NCBI GenBank assembly: GCA_964500125.1
Contig: CAZCMV010000003.1
Location: 11,523-75,522 of the forward strand
Direction: 5' to 3'
Source of the DNA: an uncultured Bdellovibrionales bacterium
GTDB taxonomy: Bacteria > Patescibacteriota > Minisyncoccia > Moranbacterales > GWC2-37-73
DNA: 64,000 nt
The translations under genes and the position numbers were made by a program. Of the stretch, positions 28,926 to 38,527 are shown piece by piece. The notes under the pieces were generated by a model. That model was not told the origin of the DNA. It did no database searches and saw nothing but the letters and a program-made list of their open reading frames with translations. Each line of letters starts with the position of its first letter. Position 1 is the first letter of the stretch.

Positions 28926-30356
28926 ATGGATAAGCGAACAAAAATTGTTGCCACATTGGGGCTTGTGTCTGATACCAAAGAAGTGCTCAAAAAAATGATT
29001 GATGCTGGGATGAATGTGGGCAGACTCAATTTTTCCCACGGTTCATATGAATGGCATGGCAACATCATCAAAGTTTTGCGTGAACTTTCTGAAGAGAGTG
29101 GTCAATCAATCGGAATCTTGGCTGATCTTCAAGGACCACGCATTAGAACAGTAGTTGAGAAAGAGATAGAGATAGAGAAAGGGGAAATGGTGCAGGTTGG
29201 CGATATATCTGTTTTGGAAAATCACAAATCACAAATCTCAAATCTCAAATCTTTCCTGCTTGATGTTCCGAATATTGTAGATGATATTGAAGTGGGGCAT
29301 GAAATCTTAATTGAGGATGGGATTATTAAAGTTGTTGTGAAGGAAAAGAGTGAAGGAATGCTTCTTTGCGAGGTTGTTGATGGGGGAACGGTGAAAAATC
29401 ACAAAGGCGTAAATATTCCTGATGCCACTTTGCACATTGATCCGGTTACGGAAAAAGATGAAAAAGATTTGGAGTTTGTACTAAAAGCAGAGGTTGATTT
29501 TGTGGCACTTTCTTTTGTTAGTGATGGTAAGGACATTGAAAATCTTCGTGACCGCATGAAGAAAATTTTGGGCAGAGAGGATAATCTACCCCAAATAATT
29601 GCCAAAATAGAACGCAAAGAAGCGATCAAGAATTTGGATGATATTATTGAACATACTGATGCGGTTATGGTAGCACGTGGTGACCTGGGAATCGAAATGG
29701 ATGGCACGAAAGTGGCAGTACTCCAAAAAGAGATAATTAAAAAATGTTTGAGCAATATGAAGCCAGTGATTGTGGCTACTCAGATGCTAAATTCTATGAT
29801 TGAAAATCCTCGCCCAACTCGCGCCGAGGTAAGTGACGTGACCAATGCCGTCATTGATCATGCTGATGCCGTGATGCTTTCAGGAGAATCTGCAAATGGT
29901 AAATACCCAGTGGAAAGTGTTGAAGCTATGGCTAATATCATTCGTAACACTGAAGAGTCTCCTTTTGATGATCTGATAAAACCACTTTCCTTGGAATGCA
30001 AATCAGACTTTGCTTGTTTGGTCAAAGGCGCCTACGAGCTTGCAAAAAACAGTACTGCTTCGGCGATTATGCTTGCCAGTGTGAGTGGCTATACTGCTCG
30101 CCTTGTGTCTCATTTTCGTCCGGAACAGCAAATGTTGGTAGTAACCAACAATATTCTTACATACAGACAGTTATCTTTAGTATGGGGAATAAAGCCTTTT
30201 ATGACCGAGGAGAAAAATTTGCTTTCTGCGATTGATTTTCTTGTCCAGGCAAGTAAAAGAGATGGACTCTTGAAAGATGGACAAAATACTGTTATTATAC
30301 TCGGCAGTGTTCCGGGAGGCGAAAGAATGCAGCTGGTGGGGGTAAAAAGCGTTTAG
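28926..30356 (+). CDS. pyk: Pyruvate kinase.
   Basis: 'MDKRTKIVATLG', 'RLNFSHGS', 'MVARGDLGIE' signatures. Start set at MDKRTK. Confidence 0.85.
   Translation: MDKRTKIVATLGLVSDTKEVLKKMIDAGMNVGRLNFSHGSYEWHGNIIKVLRELSEESGQSIGILADLQGPRIRTVVEKEIEIEKGEMVQVGDISVLENHKSQISNLKSFLLDVPNIVDDIEVGHEILIEDGIIKVVVKEKSEGMLLCEVVDGGTVKNHKGVNIPDATLHIDPVTEKDEKDLEFVLKAEVDFVALSFVSDGKDIENLRDRMKKILGREDNLPQIIAKIERKEAIKNLDDIIEHTDAVMVARGDLGIEMDGTKVAVLQKEIIKKCLSNMKPVIVATQMLNSMIENPRPTRAEVSDVTNAVIDHADAVMLSGESANGKYPVESVEAMANIIRNTEESPFDDLIKPLSLECKSDFACLVKGAYELAKNSTASAIMLASVSGYTARLVSHFRPEQQMLVVTNNILTYRQLSLVWGIKPFMTEEKNLLSAIDFLVQASKRDGLLKDGQNTVIILGSVPGGERMQLVGVKSV
29219..29253 (+). repeat. Five tandem 7-bp units (aaatcac x2, aaatctc x2, aaatctt) in frame inside pyk, encoding ...NHKSQISNLKS...
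   Basis: ggaaaatcacaaatcacaaatctcaaatctcaaatcttt. Confidence 0.7.
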
Positions 30357-30357
30357 T

Positions 30358-30438
30358 ATTTTGTATTCAGTATTCAGTATCCAGTATTATTATAGTATGG
30401 AATCCATATACATCATACTATATACTAGATACTGTTTT
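30358..30438 (+). repeat. Heptamer-period tract (ttcagta / atactat units) between pyk and tRNA-Ser.
   Basis: ttttgta ttcagta ttcagta tccagta ttattat agtatgg aatccat atacatc atactat atactag atactgt. Confidence 0.5.
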
Positions 30439-30525
30439 GGAGGAGTCGCATAGCGGTTTAGTGCACCACCTTGGAAAGGTGGCATATCCGAAAGGGTATC
30501 GGAGGTTCGAATCCTCTCTCCTCCG
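30439..30525 (+). tRNA. tRNA-Ser (anticodon GGA), class II with long variable arm.
   Basis: Acceptor GGAGGAG/CTCCTCC. Anticodon stem CCACC/GGTGG, loop TTGGAAA. Variable arm ATATCC-GAAA-GGGTAT. T-arm GGAGG-TTCGAAT-CCTCT. Confidence 0.75.
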
Positions 30526-30821
30526 CTTTAAGTTTGGTGCATAAAGTGTGCAAAAAATGCGGACATTTTTTCAAAGAAGACGAGGATGTCTGTAATTCTT
30601 GGGAAAAGAAAGGAAACCAATAACTAAAATTCTCAATAAAAAACAATAGAAATAATAAAAAAGATGAGTTTGTTAAATTTACTTATCAGAAGCGGAACAA
30701 TGAGGTTTCGCTTAAATTTTACCTTAAATATTGCTATATTGCGGAAAATGCTTCATGATGGGGATGGTTGAAATTTTCTTGTTTCAAATGAGTATTAAAG
30801 GGCAATAGCAACACGGAAATA

Positions 30822-32660
30822 ATGCGTTCAGATGTCGAAGAAATAAAATCAAGGCTTAATATTGTCGATGTTGTCGGCGAATATGTCAGATTAACTAAGG
30901 CAGGGGCAAATTGGAAAGGCCTCTGTCCTTTTCATCATGAAAAAAACCCTTCTTTTATGGTACACGAGGAAAAGCAAATTTATCATTGTTTTGGTTGTCA
31001 AAAAGGCGGTGATATCCTTTCCTTTATCATGGAAATAGAGGGTTTGGAGTTCCGTGAAGCGCTTAAAATATTGGCAGAACGGGCTGGTGTGCAGCTTAGT
31101 AATCAAGCGCCTCAGCAAAAAACAGATGACAAGAAAAAGATTCTAGAAATAATTGAATTGGCAACCAAATTCTATGAAGTTCAACTCTGGAAAGGTGTTG
31201 GCAAAGAAAATGTGATGGGTTATTTGCGTGAGCGTGGCTTAATCGAAGATACCATTCGCAATTTTCGTTTGGGTTTTGCGCCACAGGGCTGGCGTAATGT
31301 GCTTAATTTTCTGACTGAAAGAGGATATAAGGTGGAAGATATTGAAAGAGCAGGACTGATAATCAGGAAAAATCCTAAATCCGAAATCCTAAATCCTAAA
31401 CAAATTCAAAATTCAAAATTCAAAATTCAAAATTCTTTTTATGATCGTTTTCGTAATCGCATTATGTTTCCCATTTGTGATGGTATGGGCAAGGTGATTG
31501 GATATAGCGCACGTGTGGCGCCGGGAGATGATGAATCACAAGCCAAATATATCAATACTCCGGAAACGAGTGTTTATCACAAAAGCGAGGTGCTGTATGG
31601 CTTACATCTTGCCAAGCAAGCAATTAAACAAAAGAATGCTGTATTGTTGGTGGAAGGTAATATGGATGTGATCGCTTCACATCAAGCAGGTCTTAGCAAT
31701 ACGGTTGCTGTTTCGGGTACCGCGCTTACATCAAAACAGATAGATATTCTCAAAAGATATGCTAAAAACATCCAGATGCTTTTCGATATGGACAGTGCAG
31801 GAAATCAAGCGCTCAATCGTAGTGCTGATTTGGCCTTTAATAAGGATGTAGAAGTGTCTGTGGTGCGACTGGGGGAAGGAAAAGATGCAGCTGATGTGGT
31901 ACAAAAAGATGCTTCCAAACTTGTTTCGGCTGTTGAGGCAGCAATGCCGGCGATGGAATATTTTTTTCAAGCGGCTGTCTCAGAATATGATTTGCGTGAT
32001 CCACAACAAAAAAAGCAGTTTGTCCAGGATTTGGGGCAGCATGTGGCAAATATGGAAAACCAAATCGAAAAAATGCATTGGATTAAAAAAATAGCTCATG
32101 AAATAGATTCAGCGGAAGAAACAGTGTTGGAAGCGGTGTCTTCTCTTAAAGAACACAATCCCTATCGGCATGAAGAAACAAATGATGTCGTAGTTGAAGA
32201 TAATTCATTTGCTGAGCGTAGCGATTTAGTTAAAGAAAAATTAATAGGACTCATGCTTAGTGATAAGGACGCGTGGCAATGGTGCGCTGAAGAATATATT
32301 ACGGATCCGTATGTTAAAGAAGACAAATTTTTGCAAACACTTTTCAAAGAAGGTGCAAAACATGGATATGCGCTCGAACAGATGTTATTTTCGCTTGAAG
32401 ACGAGAAACTGCGGGGCAGGTTTGCTAAGCTGGCTTTCGATAGCAAATACCGTTTTGAAAGTGCAGATGCAATGGAAAATAGCAGCGAAGAAATAAAAGA
32501 ACAAATAAAGCAATATATGGCACAATTTGTCAAAGAATTGCAAAAACAGAAATTGCGTAGTATCATAAGAGATATCAAAAAAGCCGAACAGTCGGGTGAT
32601 AGAAACCTGCTCGGTGAGCTAATGAGTGAGTTTACAAAACTTTCTCAAGAATTAACTTAG
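30822..32660 (+). CDS. dnaG: DNA primase DnaG.
   Basis: Zinc ribbon 'CPFHHEKNPSFMV...YHCFGCQKGGD'. TOPRIM 'LLVEGNMDVIASHQAG', 'DMDSAGNQA'. Confidence 0.85.
   Translation: MRSDVEEIKSRLNIVDVVGEYVRLTKAGANWKGLCPFHHEKNPSFMVHEEKQIYHCFGCQKGGDILSFIMEIEGLEFREALKILAERAGVQLSNQAPQQKTDDKKKILEIIELATKFYEVQLWKGVGKENVMGYLRERGLIEDTIRNFRLGFAPQGWRNVLNFLTERGYKVEDIERAGLIIRKNPKSEILNPKQIQNSKFKIQNSFYDRFRNRIMFPICDGMGKVIGYSARVAPGDDESQAKYINTPETSVYHKSEVLYGLHLAKQAIKQKNAVLLVEGNMDVIASHQAGLSNTVAVSGTALTSKQIDILKRYAKNIQMLFDMDSAGNQALNRSADLAFNKDVEVSVVRLGEGKDAADVVQKDASKLVSAVEAAMPAMEYFFQAAVSEYDLRDPQQKKQFVQDLGQHVANMENQIEKMHWIKKIAHEIDSAEETVLEAVSSLKEHNPYRHEETNDVVVEDNSFAERSDLVKEKLIGLMLSDKDAWQWCAEEYITDPYVKEDKFLQTLFKEGAKHGYALEQMLFSLEDEKLRGRFAKLAFDSKYRFESADAMENSSEEIKEQIKQYMAQFVKELQKQKLRSIIRDIKKAEQSGDRNLLGELMSEFTKLSQELT
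31369..31428 (+). repeat. Tandem 7-bp units (aaatcct x4 then aaattca x4) in frame inside dnaG, encoding NPKSEILNPKQIQNSKFKIQNS.
   Basis: aaaaatcctaaatccgaaatcctaaatcctaaacaaattcaaaattcaaaattcaaaattc. Confidence 0.7.
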
Positions 32661-32708
32661 GCTAAAAACTGGGAATGTCCCGGTTTTTGGCTGTTATATG
32701 CTTCAATT

Positions 32709-34160
32709 ATGAAAAAAGTGACAAAAAAGAAGGTCGCTAACAAACCGGCTACTAAGAAAGTCGCGCCGAAAAATAAGATGCAACCGAAAAAAATTGCTAA
32801 AGGTTTACGTGTTGCAAAGGCTGCTCCAAAGAAACAGATCAAAAAAAACACTAAGCTTTTAAAAAGCAAATCTAATTCTACTGCAAAATCTAAAAATCAA
32901 AACAAGAAGGTTTTTGCCAAAAAAACCAATGTTTCAAAAGTTTCAAAAATAAAAGCAAAAAAAACAGTTGTTCCAGTTAAAAATGTTCCCAAAAAAGAAA
33001 AAATGACAATCAAGAATATCAAAAAACATAAAGAAGAACATAAAGAAGAAGTTGAAGTTATTGGTACAGCCGAACTCGTTGCAGGTATTATTGAACGTGG
33101 CAAGCAGCGTGGTTTTGTTACTGAAGATGAAATAATTCATCTGATACCTGACATTGAAGAGGAAGTTACTGAGCTGGAAAATCTTTATGAAAAGTTGGAA
33201 ACTGCGGGTATTAAGATTGTGCAGTCCGACGAGATGCTTAAGATTGATACGGATAAGGAAGTGGAGGCATATGAAAAAAGCAAAAAAGATAAAAATGTAG
33301 ATGCATTTCTGGCAGATGGTATTGAAGATGGAAGCGCAGATTTGGTGCAGATGTATTTGCGTGAAATCGGACGTGTGTCTTTGCTAAGTGCTGATGAAGA
33401 AGTGCGTCTGGCTAAATCTAGTGAAAAGGGAGATTTGATTGCCAAACAGAAACTTACGGAGGCAAATTTGCGTTTAGTAGTTAGTATCGCCAAGAAATAT
33501 GTCGGTCGTTCACATAATCTGTCATTACTTGATCTGATTCAAGAGGGAAATATAGGTCTTTTTCGAGCAGTGGAAAAATTCGATTATCGTAAAGGATTTA
33601 AATTTTCAACTTATGCTACTTGGTGGATTCGTCAAGCAATCACGCGCGCCCTGGCTGATCAATCCAGAACGATTCGTATTCCGGTGCACATGGTTGAAAC
33701 GATAAATAAATATACGCAAGTGATGCGTCGTTTGGTGCAGGAACTCGGACGTGAACCTTTGCCGGAAGAAGTCGCCGCTGAGATGAATATGGAAGTGGAA
33801 AAAATTCGTCACATCCAAAAAATTTCTCAAGAGACCGTTTCTTTGGAAACCTCAGTGGGTGACAGTGATGATGACAGTGTTTTGGGCGATTTCATTGAAG
33901 ACACAGAGACGGTCATGCCTCATCAGGTGGCTTCTCGCAAGCTTCTTAAAAGCCATGTGGGACAAGTGCTTAGTGAACTCTCTCCGCGCGAACAGAAGAT
34001 TCTTAAGATTCGTTTTGGACTTGAGGACGGAGTGACTCACACATTGGAAGAAGTCGGCAAAGAATTCGGTGTTACGCGCGAGCGTATCCGTCAGATCGAA
34101 GCTAAAGCTTTAGACAAGATACGACAGCATCAGATGGTTAACAAATTGAAACATTACTAG
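32709..34160 (+). CDS. rpoD: Primary RNA polymerase sigma factor (sigma-70, RpoD), with a Lys-rich N-terminal extension.
   Basis: '[40 protein letters not shown]' (regions 2.x) and region 4 HTH. dnaG-rpoD is the conserved operon order. Confidence 0.9.
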   Translation: MKKVTKKKVANKPATKKVAPKNKMQPKKIAKGLRVAKAAPKKQIKKNTKLLKSKSNSTAKSKNQNKKVFAKKTNVSKVSKIKAKKTVVPVKNVPKKEKMTIKNIKKHKEEHKEEVEVIGTAELVAGIIERGKQRGFVTEDEIIHLIPDIEEEVTELENLYEKLETAGIKIVQSDEMLKIDTDKEVEAYEKSKKDKNVDAFLADGIEDGSADLVQMYLREIGRVSLLSADEEVRLAKSSEKGDLIAKQKLTEANLRLVVSIAKKYVGRSHNLSLLDLIQEGNIGLFRAVEKFDYRKGFKFSTYATWWIRQAITRALADQSRTIRIPVHMVETINKYTQVMRRLVQELGREPLPEEVAAEMNMEVEKIRHIQKISQETVSLETSVGDSDDDSVLGDFIEDTETVMPHQVASRKLLKSHVGQVLSELSPREQKILKIRFGLEDGVTHTLEEVGKEFGVTRERIRQIEAKALDKIRQHQMVNKLKHY

Positions 34161-34198
34161 CTTTTTCATAATGCTTATAACGCTCAATATAAATAAAT

Positions 34199-34220
34199 GC
34201 GCCTGAAAGGGCGCTTTTTG
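34199..34220 (+). terminator. Intrinsic terminator after rpoD.
   Basis: GCGCC-TGAAAG-GGCGC followed by TTTTTG. Confidence 0.55.
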
Positions 34221-34273
34221 TTTATGAAAATTGAAAATAAAAAACAAGATATGTGTTCGATTTTTCAACAAAC

Positions 34274-34303
34274 AAAAATTACGTAATTAATTACGTAATT
34301 TTT
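34274..34303. promoter_or_regulatory. Perfect 30-bp palindrome AAAAATTACGTAATTAATTACGTAATTTTT containing two TTACGTAA half-sites.
   Basis: Exact reverse-complement symmetry, located between convergent rpoD and the HEAT-like membrane-protein gene. Confidence 0.5.
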
Positions 34304-34326
34304 GTTAAGCTCAATTGGCCGTAAAT

Positions 34327-34734
34327 TCAGTCTCGCCAGGTAAAAGCTGAAATATTTCTTTCACTCTCAAGCAGCTTGATAGCTTTTCGAAGTTCGTACT
34401 GGCTGATCCCTTCATTCCAAGGTTCGTGCTCAGGAAGGGGTTTTCCGTTGTCATACTTTTGGAGAAAAGGCAAAGCTTTTTTATCTCCAATTTGTCCCAG
34501 TGCCCAAATAGCGCCATTCTTGCCGGCTGTTTTCGATTCGTCAGCAATTTGACTCATGAGAGCATCAACACATTCGCCACCATAGAAAATTTGAGCTATC
34601 TCGCAGCGAGTTTTCACATCCCTTCCGATTTGGATCGAAACGATAATGAACATAAAAATAATGATTAAAAACGCAACCCCTAGGGAATAGATGATGAAGT
34701 TTTTGTCTATTTTTTTGAAAATTTCCATATGCAT
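34327..34734 (-). CDS. Small membrane-anchored protein with a HEAT/PBS-lyase-like repeat.
   Basis: N-terminal TM helix; 'GAIWALGQIGDKKALPFLQKY' HEAT-like repeat. Last gene of a 3-gene operon. Confidence 0.4.
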   Translation of the reverse strand: MHMEIFKKIDKNFIIYSLGVAFLIIIFMFIIVSIQIGRDVKTRCEIAQIFYGGECVDALMSQIADESKTAGKNGAIWALGQIGDKKALPFLQKYDNGKPLPEHEPWNEGISQYELRKAIKLLESERNISAFTWRD

Positions 34735-34738
34735 TAGT

Positions 34739-34939
34739 TTAATAAATAAAAATATCTTCAATTTTTTTCTCAAAAACATTGGCAATTCGAAAGGCTAGCT
34801 CCAAGGAGGGAAAATATTTGTTCTTTTCAATAGCAATAATGGTCTGGCGAGTGACGCCGATCTTGGTTGCCAATTCTTCCTGGGTAATATTATGCATGGC
34901 CCGGAAAACTTTTATATTATTCGTCATCTGTTTCTCCAT
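34739..34939 (-). CDS. XRE-family (Cro/CI-type) HTH transcriptional regulator.
   Basis: '[39 protein letters not shown]' canonical HTH_XRE. Confidence 0.8.
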   Translation of the reverse strand: MEKQMTNNIKVFRAMHNITQEELATKIGVTRQTIIAIEKNKYFPSLELAFRIANVFEKKIEDIFIY

Positions 34940-35324
34940 ATTTTTTACTCAGATATTTATATGAAATCGAATATAGGGCCAGATTAAAAAGAACGATATA
35001 GCTGAAAGTAACTCCCAAAAGTTCAATATTTGGTTGGGTAGGAATTGCCTTGCGTCCGATCATTATGAAAAACAAAGATAGAAAAGCCAGAACAGCAGTA
35101 GTGATCGTATATGTAAGCCGGGATGCTTTTCCACTGATGCTTTGGATTCTTTCGTCAACCAATATTATTTTGGTGGTTTTTTTCATTAGGATGATAAAAA
35201 CTGTGCCGATTAAAATTGCGGCCAAAGCCAAAATAAGGTCATTATTGACAATTGCGATTGCTACTGTGGCTGAGATGAAAGCAGCAATAAGTGCATTTAT
35301 TTTTTTAAACCGGCTGTAGTTCAT
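34917..35324 (-). CDS. Small multi-TM membrane protein (DUF2178-like), partner of the XRE regulator.
   Basis: 135 aa, 4 predicted TM helices. Overlaps the XRE start by 23 nt. HTH plus DUF2178 pairing is a recurrent arrangement in Firmicutes. Confidence 0.45.
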   Translation of the reverse strand: MNYSRFKKINALIAAFISATVAIAIVNNDLILALAAILIGTVFIILMKKTTKIILVDERIQSISGKASRLTYTITTAVLAFLSLFFIMIGRKAIPTQPNIELLGVTFSYIVLFNLALYSISYKYLSKKYGETDDE

Positions 35325-35464
35325 ATTTTTATAAATGTTAAGTTTATATTACTAATTGTAATGTATACTTTACATATTGTCAATACTTCTGCCCACCGAG
35401 ACAATGAAAAACAAGGTCATTGCGACCTTGTTTTTTGCATATTTCGAAATATATTAACCCTACT

Positions 35465-36196
35465 TTACTGAATTGTCCAACCTCCATCGACCACGATAAC
35501 TTGTCCGGTAATGTAGCTGGATTTTTCAGATGCTAAGAAAACGACCGCATTGGCAATGTCTTCAGGTTCTCCCATCCGCTTAAGTGGAACTCCGGCCACC
35601 GTTTGCTTTTCAGCCTCTTCGTTTGATTGGGCGCCGGGTGTTCTGATCGCTCCGGGAGCAACGGAGTTGACAGTGATCTTTTTCGGGGCAAGTTCCAATG
35701 CTAAAGCTCTTATCATTCCATTGACTCCGCCCTTGGAGGCACAGTAATGAACTAATCCGGAAAATCCCTGGATCGAGGCGATTGATGAAACGTTGATGAT
35801 TCTTCCTCCCTCCGGCATTGTTTTGATCGCTTCTTTGGTGCAAAAGAAGACTCCTTTCATATTGACATCCATGACCTTATCCCAATCTGATTCCTGCATT
35901 TGTTCGAAAGGAGTGAATGGATATATCCCAGCATTGTTGACCAGGACATTGACTCGTCCGAATTCTTTCGCAGTCTGCGCAAAAAGATCGGCAACTTCTT
36001 CGGATTTTGAAATATCGCATTTGATTGCGATTGATTTTGCTCCAAGCTGGGCTATTTCTTCAGTAACCTGCTTGGCGTTTTCAACATTAAGGTCGGCCAC
36101 TACAACGTTATAGCCGATTTTGGCCATTTCTAGAGCTATGCCCCTTCCAATACCTACTCCGGCTCCTGTGACGATAGCCGTTTTTCTGTTTTGCAT
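35465..36196 (-). CDS. Short-chain dehydrogenase/reductase (FabG-like 3-oxoacyl-ACP reductase family).
   Basis: 'TGAGVGIGRGIALEMA' Rossmann motif, 'NAG', catalytic 'YCASKGGVNGMIRALALE'. Confidence 0.75.
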   Translation of the reverse strand: MQNRKTAIVTGAGVGIGRGIALEMAKIGYNVVVADLNVENAKQVTEEIAQLGAKSIAIKCDISKSEEVADLFAQTAKEFGRVNVLVNNAGIYPFTPFEQMQESDWDKVMDVNMKGVFFCTKEAIKTMPEGGRIINVSSIASIQGFSGLVHYCASKGGVNGMIRALALELAPKKITVNSVAPGAIRTPGAQSNEEAEKQTVAGVPLKRMGEPEDIANAVVFLASEKSSYITGQVIVVDGGWTIQ

Positions 36197-36343
36197 TTTT
36201 TTGTTTTTTACTTGTTATGAAATAAAAAGACGGGAAGTACCCATCTTTTCTCATCTTCTTCAATTATAGCACAAATTTTCACCAAAGTCTAGACTGTGTA
36301 CTTAAAGGTAGCAGAAGGGAACATGGATAACACTTCAAAGTCT

Positions 36344-37984
36344 CTACTTTTTCAATTCCAGGACTATTTTGAATCTTGGAATCTGCAAGACATCAAAACC
36401 TATGAGTGTTATTTGCTTATTCTCGTTTAAATTTTTGTTCAAAATATCAAGAGGGATGCCATTATAGACCGAAACTTCTTCAATCCGGAAGTTTTCCAGT
36501 CGTTTTGTTAGTTCTTCTTTTGAAACCCAATTTCCCATTGTCTGATTCGTTGCGCTAGTCCACTTTTTTACTTTAGGAATTAAATCGATCGCATCAAGAA
36601 CTTTTGTTTCTTTAGGATAAATAATTTCATAAATGTTTGAGTTCAAATTTTTATAATCAGGAGTTGATAAATATGCGCGCAGTGAATTAATCCCGCTATC
36701 TTTAACCAATTCAAAGTCTTTTTCCGCAATCTCTGAGGTTTTGATAATTCCTCTATCATGGATATTTTTTTCTGGACTTCCCCAAAGTTTTGTTTGTTTT
36801 TCATTGGAAAGAGCCCCGAATTCTTCCAGGGAAGCAAGTCCGCTAGATGTTCCATCCAAGGTGGCATCTTTTTCAAAAGGATAATAACTGAAAGCCCCTT
36901 CTTGGGGGATATAGAACTTTTCAAATTTAACATTAATATATTTTTCAACCAGCTTTTTTGCATTTTGTTTATTCTCATCGGAAGCATTTTTCCATAAGTA
37001 TCTGGTGAGTGTTCGCAGTCCTTTGGGAGTCTCAAGCCCCCATTCATGCCATTCATCCAGGTCATCTTTGCCTTCTGGAGTTGCTTTTTCTAATTCTGTA
37101 AGCACTGACTGAAATAATTCATCCCTGTATCTTAGCGGAAATTCTTCATAAATATCATTTCCTTCGCTATCAACAAATGTTTTTAATATTGGCGCGGTAT
37201 TGCTGACATCCATCTTTACTAATTTTCCATCTTTTGATTTTGGCCCCCAAAGCCCTGTTTCCGGGTCTTGATAATTATAAGCCCACTCTAGCAGTGCGTG
37301 CTTCCATTCAGGGGAAAAATTATAAAGATTATGTTTCTGGACCATGCTCACTTCATCTTCATTATGATGTTCATAATCTCTGGCCAGACTTATCAAATCC
37401 CGAACATTATGAAAAGAAGTTTGAGGAAATTTCAAGGCTAACCATCCGACAGTGGACCAATCTTCCAGAATAGGAATAAGTTTTTCCGTAGTATTAAAAT
37501 TATCCAAGAAATATAAAGGATATTTTAGTTTCAAAGGTTGTCCAGTCTCCTTTGCCAAAGCATCAAGATGCAGCAAAACATTTTCAGTTGTTTTATAGTA
37601 AGTGTTTAAGGGATAAGAATCATCTATGAACGCTCCGGTCTTTGGATTCTGCAGGCTAAGATAAAAATCAAACTCTTCCTCTTTTGTTTTGAATTCAGGC
37701 ATTTTAACGAGACCTTCTCGGGTTTTCATCTGATAATGCAACTCATTAAGCTTTTTTATTGCGGTATAATAATGCCCTTTATCCAACCAGTAAGATATAC
37801 CCAGCATTTTGAATTCAAATTCTGCCATGTAATAATTTTCCTCCTGAAGTTCTTTGTTTAAGCGGAACATTTCTTTTACTTGTGATTTTGTATGCAACAC
37901 TACGAGGGTTAATAAGAGGGAAGTAATGACAAACAGCATCAAGGCAATCAGAGTTTTTTTATGTTTGATATTTTCTATTTTCAT
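36344..37984 (-). CDS. Hypothetical membrane-anchored protein, 546 aa (N-terminal TM, large extracytoplasmic domain).
   Basis: Long ORF with Trp/Tyr-rich extracytoplasmic region; no recognised motif. Confidence 0.5.
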   Translation of the reverse strand: MKIENIKHKKTLIALMLFVITSLLLTLVVLHTKSQVKEMFRLNKELQEENYYMAEFEFKMLGISYWLDKGHYYTAIKKLNELHYQMKTREGLVKMPEFKTKEEEFDFYLSLQNPKTGAFIDDSYPLNTYYKTTENVLLHLDALAKETGQPLKLKYPLYFLDNFNTTEKLIPILEDWSTVGWLALKFPQTSFHNVRDLISLARDYEHHNEDEVSMVQKHNLYNFSPEWKHALLEWAYNYQDPETGLWGPKSKDGKLVKMDVSNTAPILKTFVDSEGNDIYEEFPLRYRDELFQSVLTELEKATPEGKDDLDEWHEWGLETPKGLRTLTRYLWKNASDENKQNAKKLVEKYINVKFEKFYIPQEGAFSYYPFEKDATLDGTSSGLASLEEFGALSNEKQTKLWGSPEKNIHDRGIIKTSEIAEKDFELVKDSGINSLRAYLSTPDYKNLNSNIYEIIYPKETKVLDAIDLIPKVKKWTSATNQTMGNWVSKEELTKRLENFRIEEVSVYNGIPLDILNKNLNENKQITLIGFDVLQIPRFKIVLELKK

Positions 37985-38183
37985 AGATATATTTTTATAG
38001 ATTTAAATCATCTATTTGTTCTGCAATTATATCATTACACCTTTAAAATAGAAAAACTCAAATTTCGCTTGAGCGTCCGAAATAAAGACTAATTAAAAAC
38101 ATTTCATATAGCCCCATTTTTGGAATTGCTATCTTTGATTTTTAAAAAAGCAAAAACCACTCAAAAAGAGTGATTTCATATAT

Positions 38184-38258
38184 TGGCTCCGCGACCAGGA
38201 CTCGAACCTGGAACCAATTGGTTAACAGCCAACTGCTCTACCATTGAGCTATCGCGGA
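38184..38258 (-). tRNA. tRNA-Asn (anticodon GTT), CCA encoded.
   Basis: Acceptor TCCGCGA/TCGCGGA. D-arm GCTC-AATGGTA-GAGC. Anticodon loop CTGTTAA. T-arm CCAGG-TTCGAGT-CCTGG. 3' GCCA. Confidence 0.8.
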
Positions 38259-38500
38259 ATATGTTTTTTAATAAATTCTCTCCCTCTATAGCTTTTAAGC
38301 TGTTTTTCTCTTGCTAATGCCTCTGATCTTGAATTTACTTTTTCACTATAAATCAGCTCCCACTTTCCATCAAATCTTGAAGTATAACTGTGAGGAAAAC
38401 CTTTGCTATTATGTAGAGCTAGTCTTATTGTCAAATCTTCACATTGACCAATGTAAATCTTATTATGTTTATCATTATAAATGGCATATATATGATACAT
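38249..38500 (-). CDS. GIY-YIG nuclease-domain protein, about 83 aa. Its last 3 codons overlap the tRNA-Asn 5' end.
   Basis: 'MYHIYAIYNDKHNKIYIGQCEDLTIRLALHN' GIY...YIG motif with conserved Arg/Glu downstream. Start set at MYHIY; the track ORF extends 35 codons upstream through the palindrome. Confidence 0.55.
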   Translation of the reverse strand: MYHIYAIYNDKHNKIYIGQCEDLTIRLALHNSKGFPHSYTSRFDGKWELIYSEKVNSRSEALAREKQLKSYRGREFIKKHIPR

Positions 38501-38527
38501 GCCACCATAATAGCAGAACTGCTCTAC

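Noticed and set aside
30458-30646. 62-aa minus-strand ORF
   Set aside because: Overlaps tRNA-Ser(GGA) on the opposite strand; spurious.
28790-31440. Short tandem repeats that might be mistaken for CRISPR arrays
   Set aside because: Units are 7 bp, imperfect and contiguous, with no unique spacers. There is no 24-48-bp repeat/spacer periodicity and no cas genes in the window.
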